A DNA stretch of 64,000 bases. Source: Marsupella aquatica. Its lineage: Eukaryota; Plantae; Marchantiophyta. The notes beneath the pieces were generated by a model. The model did not search any database. It had not been told where the DNA came from and was given only the letters and a program-made list of their open reading frames with translations. Location of the stretch: assembly GCA_973895155.1 (NCBI GenBank), contig OZ316892.1, positions 5,426,476 to 5,490,475 of the forward strand. The letters run 5' to 3'. The position numbers and the translations under genes are program-made. Of the stretch, positions 53,131 through 64,000 are shown piece by piece. Each line of letters opens with the position of its first letter. Within the stretch, counting starts at the first letter, position 1.

Positions 53131-55488
53131 ATGTATGTAGATATGGCTTCGATAAATCGAGGATTGCTGCTGACTCTAGCAATACTGTATCTTACTGTTT
53201 CTCTTCAAGGGGGCTTGTGTAGCGCTGATTCAGGGTCATGTACAAATGTGCCCTGCAGCTCTGGCCTCTGCTGCAGTCAATTTGACTTTTGCGGCCCTTT
53301 TGACAGCTACTGCGGAATTGGGTGCCGCAGTGGCCCTTGTTACGCCAATTCTAGTGGTTCATTCGGATCGTGTTTAAATCAGTTCTGTGCCGATGGATTC
53401 TGCTGCAGTGCCTCGTACTACTGTGGTAACAATTCCAGATATTGCGGAGTAGGTTGCCAAGATGGACCGTGTAATAGCAATTCAGGTGGTACAAGTCTGA
53501 ACAGCACTGGTGCGACTACCGGATTGGCGTTTGCCTTTGTGCTAGGGACTATAACATTACTTGGGAATGTCTTCTCTACCACACCCAGGCGAGTACGCGG
53601 CTCTTCGAGAAGTCGAGGATGGTTTCTAACCTTCGGACTGCTATACATTATGGTTTCGCTGCAGATGGGCTTGAGTAGAGCTGATACAGGATCTTGTATA
53701 AATCAGGCCTGTGGCTCTGGCTTCTGCTGCAGCCAGAATCTCTATTGTGGTCAAGGTGACAGCTATTGCGGACTCGGGTGCCGAGGTGGTGCTTGTACTA
53801 ATAACTTTTACAATACTTCAGGATTATGTGTGAATCGGGCATGTGCTGCTGGATTCTGCTGCAATTTGAATTATGTTTGTGGCTCTAATGGCAGCGATTG
53901 CGGAGACGGGTGCCAAGGTGGCGCTTGTTACAGCAATTCAGGTGCTACAGCTCTGGGCAGTATTGCGAATCCTTGGTTTGCTCGAACCTCCGTGGTAGGG
54001 ACAATAACATTGCTTGTGGCAGCCCTCTCCGACAAGCCGATTCGGGTAGGCGTCTGTTCGAGGAATCAAGGATGGCTGCTTACCTTAGCACTGCTTTGTC
54101 TCATGGTTTCGCTGCAGGTGGGGTCGAGTAGAGCTGATAACCCTACCGCAGTCGGAATGTGTACAAATAAAAGATGTCCCCGCACTGGCGACTGTTGCAG
54201 TTCCGACAACTATTGTGGTCCTGACTCCAGGTATTGCGGAGCCGGGTGCCAAAGTGGCCCTTGTCACTCCAATTCAGGAGGGAAAATTCGGGGCACTGGT
54301 GCGATTTTCGGAATCGCTGTGGGCTCCGTGGTTGGGGTTCTGATGCTGAGGGCCTGTGTCGACTTTGCGGCTCGGCGGCGTGCGCAAAGCACCAAAAAGG
54401 GCCAGATCATTGCGGGACAGAGCATTGGCAACGCAAGGGATGGTCGTCTGGATATCACATTTTCCAGTCCATGGAGGAGATTTGGACTTGAAGAGTTGCA
54501 CTCGGCTACCGAGGGGTTTAGTGAGGAGCTTGGGAAAGGAGCGTTCGGGATTGTTTACAAAGGAGTTCTTAGAAATGGGAAGGAAATAGCCGCCAAGAAG
54601 ATGACCACTAGTCAAGCGGTTGTGAAGGGCTTTGAGGCGGAGGTGAAGACTCTTGGAAGCATCAATCATGCAAATTTGGTGCAGCTTCTTGGGTTCACCC
54701 ACGACCTAAATGAGCTGTATCTGGTCTACGAATTTGTGGCCAAAAAATCTCTGGATTATTGGATATTCGAGAAAAAGAAATCTAACAAAGACTTCGTGTT
54801 GACTTGGAATAGAAGAGTCACCATTCTCAAAGGGACCGCCAAGGGCCTAGCTTATCTCCACGAAGATCTCCAGGGTGGGAAGGCTATAGTTCATCTTGAC
54901 ATCAAACCTCAAAATATTCTCCTTACTGAATTCTACGTACCCAAGATAGCAGATTTTGGATTGGCGAAGCTGCTGGGATCGGACACAACTAAAGGAACCC
55001 TCATTGCTTCTCCAGGGACAATAGGTTATACGGCTCCTGAAGTTCTTCATGTAGCAACAGTCAACCCGAAGCTGGATGTCTACAGCTTCGGCATGGTACT
55101 GCTCGTGGTGGTGGCCGGTCGAGACTATGTTGATAGCTCCTTGGACTTCGATAGGTTCTACTTGCCTGCATGGGCCATTCGGAAATTCAAACGAGGAGAA
55201 GAACTGGAGGTTGTTGACCCTCTCTTACGAGATGATAGACGTGAATTTAGCCAGGTAGATGTGAATTTAGCCAGTACATTCATTCGGATAGGTCTTTTGT
55301 GCTTACAACGAGATCCAAACAAGAGACCTGCAATGAGCACGGTGTTAAGCATGATGGAGGATTTTAATAAGCATCCGGACCTGCCCCCGGATTTGCAATC
55401 AGAGTTGGAGATGATCGAAAGAGAATTTCGCCCGAGACGAAATACGATATTCTCAGATAACTCTACAGAACGCCTACGAGCGTATTGA
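53131..55488 (+). CDS. Intronless receptor-like kinase with five hevein (chitin-binding type 1) domains in three SP-hevein-anchor modules; non-RD kinase (start probably ATG 53143)
   Basis: Five 8-Cys CCSxxxxCGxxxxYCGxGCQxGxC-type repeats. TM AIFGIAVGSVVGVLML then RRR. Kinase motifs LGKGAFGIVYKG, IAAKK, HANLVQLLG, IVHLDIKPQN, DFG, GTIGYTAPE, DVYSFG, CLQRDPNKRP. Confidence 0.92.
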   Translation: MYVDMASINRGLLLTLAILYLTVSLQGGLCSADSGSCTNVPCSSGLCCSQFDFCGPFDSYCGIGCRSGPCYANSSGSFGSCLNQFCADGFCCSASYYCGNNSRYCGVGCQDGPCNSNSGGTSLNSTGATTGLAFAFVLGTITLLGNVFSTTPRRVRGSSRSRGWFLTFGLLYIMVSLQMGLSRADTGSCINQACGSGFCCSQNLYCGQGDSYCGLGCRGGACTNNFYNTSGLCVNRACAAGFCCNLNYVCGSNGSDCGDGCQGGACYSNSGATALGSIANPWFARTSVVGTITLLVAALSDKPIRVGVCSRNQGWLLTLALLCLMVSLQVGSSRADNPTAVGMCTNKRCPRTGDCCSSDNYCGPDSRYCGAGCQSGPCHSNSGGKIRGTGAIFGIAVGSVVGVLMLRACVDFAARRRAQSTKKGQIIAGQSIGNARDGRLDITFSSPWRRFGLEELHSATEGFSEELGKGAFGIVYKGVLRNGKEIAAKKMTTSQAVVKGFEAEVKTLGSINHANLVQLLGFTHDLNELYLVYEFVAKKSLDYWIFEKKKSNKDFVLTWNRRVTILKGTAKGLAYLHEDLQGGKAIVHLDIKPQNILLTEFYVPKIADFGLAKLLGSDTTKGTLIASPGTIGYTAPEVLHVATVNPKLDVYSFGMVLLVVVAGRDYVDSSLDFDRFYLPAWAIRKFKRGEELEVVDPLLRDDRREFSQVDVNLASTFIRIGLLCLQRDPNKRPAMSTVLSMMEDFNKHPDLPPDLQSELEMIEREFRPRRNTIFSDNSTERLRAY

Positions 55489-55784
55489 CAGCTCCCGTTT
55501 GATGGCATGGCACACAGGTTTCAGAGATTGTGAAGTTGTACGACAGCCAATGTCAGAGCGTCGTTTCCGTCATCGATGAAGATTGCAGGACTCAAAAAGG
55601 AAAATTAACCTGAGATTGGCAAGACTGAGGAGTCTGAAGAAACAGTGCGTATATAGGAAGACCCTAGGCCTCGACTTAAACGTACTGCATTCGGTGCGTG
55701 TGATGTACATATTTATCATCCATGGGAATTTCTGTCTGTCTCCCTTGATGAGTTTAGCTTCACATATGCATATGATATAATTAA

Positions 55785-55911
55785 TCCATGTACCCCATGT
55801 TATTCTAGAAACTGAACCCTAGATGAACCTCCAAATCCAAAGAAAAATAAATTCAAAATCCATGTACCCCATGTTATTCTAGAAACTGAACCCTAGATGA
55901 ACCTCCAAATC
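55785..55911. repeat. Direct duplication (~54 bp) downstream of the RLK
   Basis: atccatgtaccccatgttattctagaaactgaaccctagatgaacctccaaatc occurs at 55785 and 55858. Confidence 0.85.
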
Positions 55912-57315
55912 TAAGAATTAAAAAATAGATAAGTCAATGTTTCACACTTTGAAATAGTTGTCAAACTTACCAATGCAACCATAATTAATATCAAATACAA
56001 AACCAGCTTTGAGAACTAATTCTATCAATATTAAATTCATTAAAAAGCTAAATAAATCCTAGAATTCATAATCTCCTTAGTACTCCATAAAATTTGTTAA
56101 TTTTAGTTTCTTTCTCATGAAAGGGGTCAACATTTCAAGGATTGTACAACAAAGATTTATATTCAAATTAGAGATTATGAAATCACGGGTAAAATCTATT
56201 TTTTAAAACTACTTACTCAATTTTTATCTAATGGTGACAATGCTGAGCTCATCAAGATCTTATCTTCAAAATCTTCCAATGTCACCATATTATTCGTGAG
56301 TTTTTATTATGATTTGACTCAGCAATGTCAAATCATAACTTGTTGTCAGGAAAATTTTATGTTTTGAATAAAATCAAAATGGAAATAAAACCATTGCTGC
56401 GAGAAGTTTTACCTCAATTCTTTTGTCTTTTGATTTGCATGTCAGATTTTTTTACATTCCTTTTTATGGCATGACGTCCCACTTTTTACAGCAAAGTAGC
56501 CACAAACACAAATCTAGAAGTTGATTTTATCGAAAAACAAGTCTCTTCCTGTTTGCAGTGTGCCATGATGAGTTGGCGCACTGTGGAGCCAGGAATTTTG
56601 GAAAGGACCTCTAGTGGGGTCCATAATTGGTTCGAGGACCCTTGAGACAGATAAACTTGAATACATAATTCAACAAATTGGATCAATGAAGAACACTCTT
56701 GCCCATCCCTTCATTCATAATGAAAATGAGAGCTACGGGTATACATATCTGCAGTTGTGATTTAAGGGTTTCCCAATCTGCAAGACATTTGCCTACTCCA
56801 TCTGTTAGTAGGAGGAAATTACCAAATAATATACACAGGATTTGTTTGTAATTTACAGGAGGGATATTTAATATTCCTACTAAATTCACCAAAAACTGCC
56901 CAAAGATGCATGACTTTGTGGTAGCTCACTTGAATAGAGACTCATGATAGGTCTTGGGTTCAATTGTGGGCCAACTCTTCCCAACTAAATTGTGGCTTAC
57001 TCTTCCCTTTCTGTGGGGTTTCACAAATTATTATTTTTAAATCACCAAAAATTGGCTTGGATGAAAGGGCAAATTGTCAGATCTAAGAGTATAAAGGTAG
57101 CCATTAGCTTTGTCATGTTATCTCAAGTCATCTAAAATGTACCATCTACAACTGGGGTTACCACTTGGAAACCCAACAGTTTGTTTTTAAACACGATTTC
57201 CGACCAATGAGAACTATTTCCACAAACAAGAAGTGTGTTTTCATTTTTCGCCGAATCTCACAAAATTGGTGGTTTTTTTCATCAAAAACAGGTTTTTGGG
57301 GAAATAATGTAATCC

Positions 57316-58750
57316 TGTTGAGCATAGACGACGATTGCAACGGCAAGCCCATGAACCATCCAACGCACAATAGTTGACACAAAGAAATACGTGGTTCACC
57401 TCCACATGAGGCTACGTCCACGGGAACACACGAGAGCTTTACTGCACTCTAGGCCGACCGGCCATACCAAGCATCCACAGCACAAGCTCTCCCTATCTCT
57501 CAACTGGCTCCGTAACAATGAGCCTGAGTTCCACCTCTCCAAGCAAACACCGTTTGGTTATAGAGTGTGCACAGCATGACTAACCTAACCAAGTCTGTGA
57601 CTAAGGTTAGGCTTAACTACGGTACATTCGTAACTCTAGACCTAAGAGTAAATCCTAACAATCTCCCCCTTGACTCTGGTCTAGGGGAGGGTAAAGACTG
57701 CTACCAATATGACTGCTCAGCGGGAAGTTCTGGAAAGAAAAACCAAACCGGTTTTTCCCTCTTTATACAAGAGTAGACCAAAACTAAGTCGTAGCCTATA
57801 CAAGGAATGAGCAAGAGCATATCTCAGTATCTACACAAATGTTAAGTAACCCTACTTGTGAGGCAATTGCAAAACCTGCAACGCATCACGGTGTCTAGAA
57901 AAACTTTCCAAATGAATCACTTTGGTAAAAGCGTCAGCCGGGTTGAGTTTACCGTCAATCTTGACTAGCTCAAACATATTATCAGACACAGTCTGCCTGA
58001 TAAAATGGTACCTAACGTCGATGTGCTTCACTCTGTTGTCCATCACCTGGTTCACAGCAAGGTGGAGTGCACTCTGACTATCACAATGGAGCTTCACATT
58101 CCCCTGTGGCAATCCCATCTTAGTGATAAGTCTATCCAACCAAATCGCTTCCTTTGCTGCTTCCGCTGCTGCAACATACTCCACTTTTGTAGTAGACTGA
58201 GCAATACACTTCTGCAAAGTAGACCTCCAACTTATGCATCCACCTCCAAGTGTGAACACATAACCTGTTGTTGAACTCCTCCGATCCAGATCATGTGCAT
58301 AGTCAACATCTACATAGCCCATCAATGATCTAGCATTACTAGCATGTGCATCAAACAATAGACCATGATCCACGGTACCCTTCAAATACCTAATAATCCA
58401 CTTCACTACTTCCCAATGTACCTTCCTTGGATTCGACATGTACTTGCTCACCTTGCCCATAGCCATGGCAAGATCAGGTCTAGTGCAAGTCATGAAATAC
58501 ATGAGACTCCCCACTGCCTTGTCATACGGAACCTTTGACATCAACCCCTTCTCTGTGTCATCCGTAGGACAGAACGCTGATGATAACTTGAAGTGTGGAG
58601 CCAATGGGGTACTTACTGGCTTGCTATTCCCCATGTTGAACCTTGCAATTACCTTCCTCGCATAACTGCTCTGCGTCAACCATAGCTTGCCAGCCTCCAA
58701 GTCCCTAGTGATCTCCATACCCAAAATCCTCTTAGTTGGCCCTAAGTCCT
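57316..58750 (-). mobile_element. Ty1/Copia 3' portion: RT-RNase H (57852-58750), PPT, 3' LTR (57316-57660)
   Basis: KDLGPTKRILGMEI, VGSLMYFMTCTRPDL, ISWRS, LHCDSQSA, KHIDVRYHFIR, NPADAFTK. PPT aagggggagat abuts the LTR TGTTAG...CAACA. Cut at 58751 by the Gypsy. Confidence 0.93.
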
Positions 58751-61700
58751 TGTAAACGATAAAAATTACACCGGCGATATTATAGTTTTTTTTAGGTTTA
58801 GAAGTGTCAACTAGAGGTCAACCAAGAGTATTTAGGAAGTAGTAAGCAAGGACCAGTGGTTATTCATTTTGTTGAGATGACAGAAAGGCTGGAAGTAGGG
58901 GAGGCGACCATCATCTCGATTAACGGTCGTGTAGGAGTCAAGTTCTGCTATGAAGGCTGCGATGGCCTACTAGCAGATGGCAGAGTATGTGCCTTAGGCA
59001 CAAGAGCTCAACAGAAAAGGCAAGGGGGGGCGGATATAGGAACCCCGTTAGCAGGAATCGGTTAGCTCATGAGTGTAAGTCGCTAGGCAAAGGAGTGCCT
59101 ATGTTCATGTTCACTATTCGGATCAAAGAAGGAATCTGTCGTGTATGGGATGCGGCTAGGTAACAATTGTTCGGAATGAAGGGCGAAGAGTTCCGCCAAC
59201 GATTCACCACCGGCGAGGCCATCGAGGAACTCTGCAGAAAGGTCATGCGGAAGAAATGGAATCTGCTGCTAAGACGGGAGAACAACCACGATCAGCGGAT
59301 TACGTGGCGATTAATCACCACCGAACAAGTAATCATGGCCGGCGAACCGAGCAACCCCAAGGAAGATGACAGAAGTCAGGAGGTCGAGGCACATATGGCA
59401 AGATTAACAATCGGGAGTCCAGAAGCTTCCGGATCAGGCGCAACCGAAGGGAATCGAGGAGGCCGTTGCCTAGTTCAGTAACCAGGAAGACAGAACTTCT
59501 TGACATAGTAATCAGCAGTTCTTGGCTTCCACTCATCGTTCTGGTAGGCATTAGTTAGCGTTCTTGGTGAATGAGCGGAGGAGAGCAAAGAGGAGGCGCG
59601 AGTCGCCCAATTGTAATCGGCGCACCCCAAGAAGTAGTAGAGGCCTCGGGCGAAGATAGACGCGGGGTAAAGGTATTTAGGGGCTTTGAAGTACTAGTCA
59701 CGGTGTCACTTTTTGCTAGAAGTCTGGGGCAAGGTAAGGCTCCGCTCACCTTAGGAATGCCAGCAATTTTGTAATAGTGTCCCTACTCAGTTGAGTAGTC
59801 TTTGAGTATAAAGAGAGAGTTTGGAATGAATGCAACAGAGTGAAGTCCGCACTTGAGCAGTGAATGAGAACATCGAATCAGAGAGAGAGAGAGAGAGAGA
59901 GAGAAGGAATTTGCCTTATGCAGCAAGTCGTTACTCGTTAATCGCAACGATGAATGAATATCGTCTCATTGCGAACCAGAACCTTACGGGCCAGCGCCTC
60001 AAGGTATAGGTTGAACAGATAGCTAGTGAGAAGCGGTGTCTGGTTGGAGATAGTGTGTTTTGAAGGCGATATACTGGTCGTCATACACCTCCATCATACA
60101 AGGGTAAACGTGATACTGGGGTACTTGCTTAGGGTAACCCTGTCATAGTCTGAACCCACACAATCCAGAAATCAATTGCCAGGCAGGCTGATTCAAAGGA
60201 CAGCCGGACTTAATCAGGTCACGGCTACTACAAACCATGAATGCAAACAGCAGTGACGACAAGTCTTGCTCCTTGATTACCTTAAGATCACTAGAACTGT
60301 GGATCTGTTCTATCAGCACCCATCTTATTTCCCGTCAGTTACTATACAAGAACATTCCGATTTGCTTGATCACTTACCGCGAGTGGTGTGGGTTCATTGA
60401 GATTGTGTATAGAGAGGGGTTAGTGTTGGCCAAGGCTGAAGTGCCTGAGAAGTGGAAGACGGAACTCGACATTCAAGAGCACTTGGTCGGATTCACTTAC
60501 GGGGACTGTGTCGAGATAGAAGGAGTGCCGCCTCTCGCAGGTCGGTTAATCGTTTAAATGAGATTACTGAGGAGAAGGTAGTTAAACGGCCATTAATCGC
60601 AAGGTCAAAGTTGGCGTTTAACATTTTTGGCGACCATACTGGGGAACGCCTCGTTGAGGGTTCCGAAAGAGGAGCAACTGCTACGACCAGCAGTCCGAAC
60701 CAAGAGAGAAACGCGCAAATCCAGAAAGGCGAACGGGTGACATGAACTCGCCGAAGGAGTTCTAGACGATGTTCTATTTTGAGAAGGATGCCAAAGCAGC
60801 AATCATAGCAACACTGAACGAGAAAGAGCACTCGATACTAGCCAGCGGGAGAAGTAGGGCACGAGAAGGCGATGTTATGATAATTGCTTACACCACGCCC
60901 ACACACACAAAGTTGGTACTTCGAGAAGCGCATGGAGGAACCTGGAACGTGAGGAGGCGAGCAATTCATTTGCAATCCTCTGTTCGGAGCAGCGTTTACA
61001 GCAGCGACCATGCCACCAAGTGATCGATTACCTCAAGGCTACACGCAGTACCGCCTACCCAAGAGAAAGGAGGACCTTAGAAAACTCTTAGAATGGTGTC
61101 ATTGGAATCGAAATGAGTACCCGGTTGCTATAGCATTCTAGATAGGCAGAATCGCTAGGAAATTAAGTTCTAAACTAGAGGAAACCGCAGGAGCTTGCCC
61201 AAGATGTATGATGTGGAGTCAACATGACAGTTTTGAGTTTTCTATGTTAAACCAGTTATTAACGATGTGCTTTAACGAGGAACTCATGGCTCCAGAAGCC
61301 TGCACTCCTAGTTTAAGCGAATAGGAGTCATTTCGCAGAGGGCAAAGGAGAGAGAGGAACTGATTAACAGAAGTTATAGCATTAGTCAAGTAAAGGAGAC
61401 AGTAGAAGGTCTCCGTTTTTGTGAATCAGGTAGGAACAAGCAAACAAGATGGGGATAGGATGGAGAGTAGTCAGGGATATTACAATCCGGATCGTAATGC
61501 AAACCGAAGGCCCTATAAGGATGGTGGTACTAAATACCCACCAATTTGCTATTACTGTCGACTAACTGGCCACATCAGGGGGCCCGATTGTGAATTATGG
61601 ATGAAGCACATGAAAGAAAAAGAAGAAATAGCGGGGAAAGCCCCAGCACCTGTGAATACTGTGCAGGTGTCAACATACGTGGTGACAAGATCTCAAGGGC

Positions 61701-64000
61701 AGCCAGAGAACTCAACCCAAACCAATTCCCCGGAGACTGAGGGAGGATTCGATTGGAGCCAAATGGATGCAACCACCCAAGAAATGGCGGATGAAATTCG
61801 CCACAAACAGCGGAACGAGACCTTGCCACGACCTGAACGATTAATGCGTTCAGAACCTTACGCGGAGACAGATACGGAAATTCTAGAGGAGGGAGTGACG
61901 ATGGGGGGATTCGATCAAGAAATGGGACAACTCCCACGAGACGAAGAACCACCGAATAACCCTGCCGAAGCGAACCAGCGAATAGTGGATAAGCTAGTGC
62001 AACTCATCGCGAAGACCAGAGTCGACATCACTATCGAGGAACTGTTCCAGTTAGCACCACAGTGCAAGGAAGCAGTAATGAGACGGTTGGGAGGCAGAAT
62101 TAGTCCTACCACATTACCCGGAGTACCACTGTACCAAGCTGGGAAGATTCCCCTAATCGACAAAGGAGCCGTAGTACAGATCAGCGTAAGGGGCATCAAA
62201 CTAAAGAACGTATTGCTGGATGGAGGGTCAGCCGTAAACCTCATGAGTGAGCAGACCTACAGACTGCTAGGCAGAGTCAAACTCTTACCAGCCCCTTTTA
62301 ATTTAATAATGGCCGATCAAAGCAGCTGTCACCCACTGGGTTACGTGCCAGACTTACCAATGCTGATTTCAGGCATCAAGTACAATTTAGGAGTGGTAGT
62401 TTTGAGAGAAGCAGATTCCACCCGAGGACAACCCATGTTGTTAGGATGACCTTGGCTAAGACAGGCCAAAGTAAAACAACACTGGGGGGAAGAGAAGGAT
62501 TATATAAAAATAGAACACGGAGGAGAGACTTTCAAGATCAGAACCAAGGCTATTGAGGATGGTGTACCACCTATGGCCAGAGTCTGTACCTTGAACTGGG
62601 CAGAGGGGTTGAATGAGGATGAAGAAGAGACCTATTTAAAATGCCATCTAGACTTAGTCCCAATTTCAGATATGGAAATAGTCAAGCTCGACGAGATGCA
62701 AGGAATGACCAAAGAAAAAATGGATCATGATCTACGAAACGATCTGTTTAAACACATAGACCCGCAAGGCATTCAGGAGTGCTCATTAAAGGAGGAAGAA
62801 GCACAGACCACCTTGCAGGATCTAGCAGAGAAAGTGGTGGGATGGAGTGCCACCGAGGAAGAGCACATTCAGAAGGTCGATTTGAGTGACACTGAACGAC
62901 CACGAGAAGTAAAGATAGGGAAACACCTTTCCCCCGAGCTCAAAGAGGAACTTGTTACCCTACTCGCCGAATTCCGAGATGTTTTTGCCTGGGATTACAC
63001 GGAGTTAAAGGGAGTTCCAGAGTCAATTGGCGTACATCGAATCCGACTCATACCAGGATCAGTACCGGTGCAGACACAACGATATAGGATGAACCCCAAC
63101 TATGCGGAAAAGGTAAAAGAAGAAATCCAAAGGCTCCTTGATGCCAAATTCATTGAACCTGTTAAGCGTTATACGTGGCTATCCCCAATAGTCGTAGTAC
63201 CTAAGAAAAATGGGAAGTTAAGAGTCTGCATTGATTTCAGAAAATTAAACGCAGCGACCATAAAAGACCCTTTCCCGGTACCCTTTCTAGACGCAGTTCT
63301 GGATGTGGTAGCAGGAAAGTCAACTTATTCATTTTTAGATGGGTACAGTGGGTACAGTCAGGTCCGGTTAGCAACAGAAGCAAGGGAGCTAACCACTTTC
63401 ATTACGGAATGGGGCGCTTTCCAGTGTCTCGTATTACCCTTTGGATTATGCAATGGGCCTAGTACATTCCAGCGATTAATGATGATGTTATTTCATGAGT
63501 ATTTGAATCAGTTTATGCAAATCTTCCTAGATGACTTCACCATATACGGAGAGGAAGAGCAACATATAGGTCATCTCAGATTATGCCTCTTAAGATGTAG
63601 GGAAGGGGGAGTCAGCCTGAACCCTGATAAGTGCACCTTCTTTGTACCATCGGGCAGGATATTAGGACACATAGTCTGTAAACAGGGCTTGTTAGTAGAC
63701 CAAGATAAGATAAAAATCATTAAAGAGATGCCAGTTCCCAATAGTGCAACCCAAGTCAGAAGGTTCCTGGGAAGTGGAGGTTTTTACCGTCGTTACATCA
63801 AGGGGTACTCCCAAATCAGTGCCCCGTTGGCACGATTAACGGATAACCATCAAACGTTCACTTGGGACGACGACTATCAAAACGCGTTTGAAGAAATCAA
63901 AGACCGGTTGTGCCATGCACCCATACTCAAGGAGCCAGATTGGAAGAGGGAGTTCCATCTACATACAGATGCTTCTCTGGTGGCGGTGGGGGCAGTGTTA
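58751..64000 (+). mobile_element. Ty3/Gypsy element nested in the Copia RT: 5' LTR ~58751-60623, PBS ~60628-60645, gag zinc knuckle, protease, RT, start of RNase H (runs off window)
   Basis: tgtaaacg...cgtttaaca then tggcgaccatactgggga. CYYCRLTGHIRGPDC, LLDGGSAVN, WLSPIVVVPKKNGKLRVCIDFRKLN, LPFGLCNGP, IFLDDF, HTDAS. In-frame TGA at 62447-62449 and a degraded gag. Confidence 0.92.

Noticed and set aside
60993-61000. cgtttaca as the Gypsy LTR end
   Set aside because: It is a perfect inverse of the LTR start, but the PBS-like tggcgacc...gggga follows 60623 instead, so 60623 is preferred.

Overview
Eukaryotic (non-seed land plant, most likely liverwort-like; inferred from gene content) nuclear DNA. 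It holds four apparently intact host genes in a dense field of nested transposable elements. The genes are a 5-exon NRAMP metal transporter (+), an intronless plastid ClpP4 (-), a 6-exon TORNADO1-like LRR-Roc-COR protein (-) and an intronless non-RD receptor kinase (+). The kinase ectodomain is three tandem [signal peptide - hevein domain(s) - hydrophobic anchor] modules. The TEs are a pogo/Tigger relic, a 5'-truncated L1-like LINE with a 17-bp TSD, a Copia interrupted by a Gypsy, a Helitron end, a TA-flanked MITE, and at least seven ~0.3-kb MITEs with CTCGGGG termini and 8-bp TSDs. There are two top leads. (1) The hevein RLK looks like a signal-peptidase-cleavable polyprotein of chitin-binding modules plus a receptor kinase. 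(2) A decayed, intron-containing beta-class (N4-C/N6-A) DNA methyltransferase gene sits next to a Sola/DUF7869-type DDE transposase, suggesting a transposon that carries its own amino-methyltransferase. All assignments come from reading motifs by eye; no searches were run.
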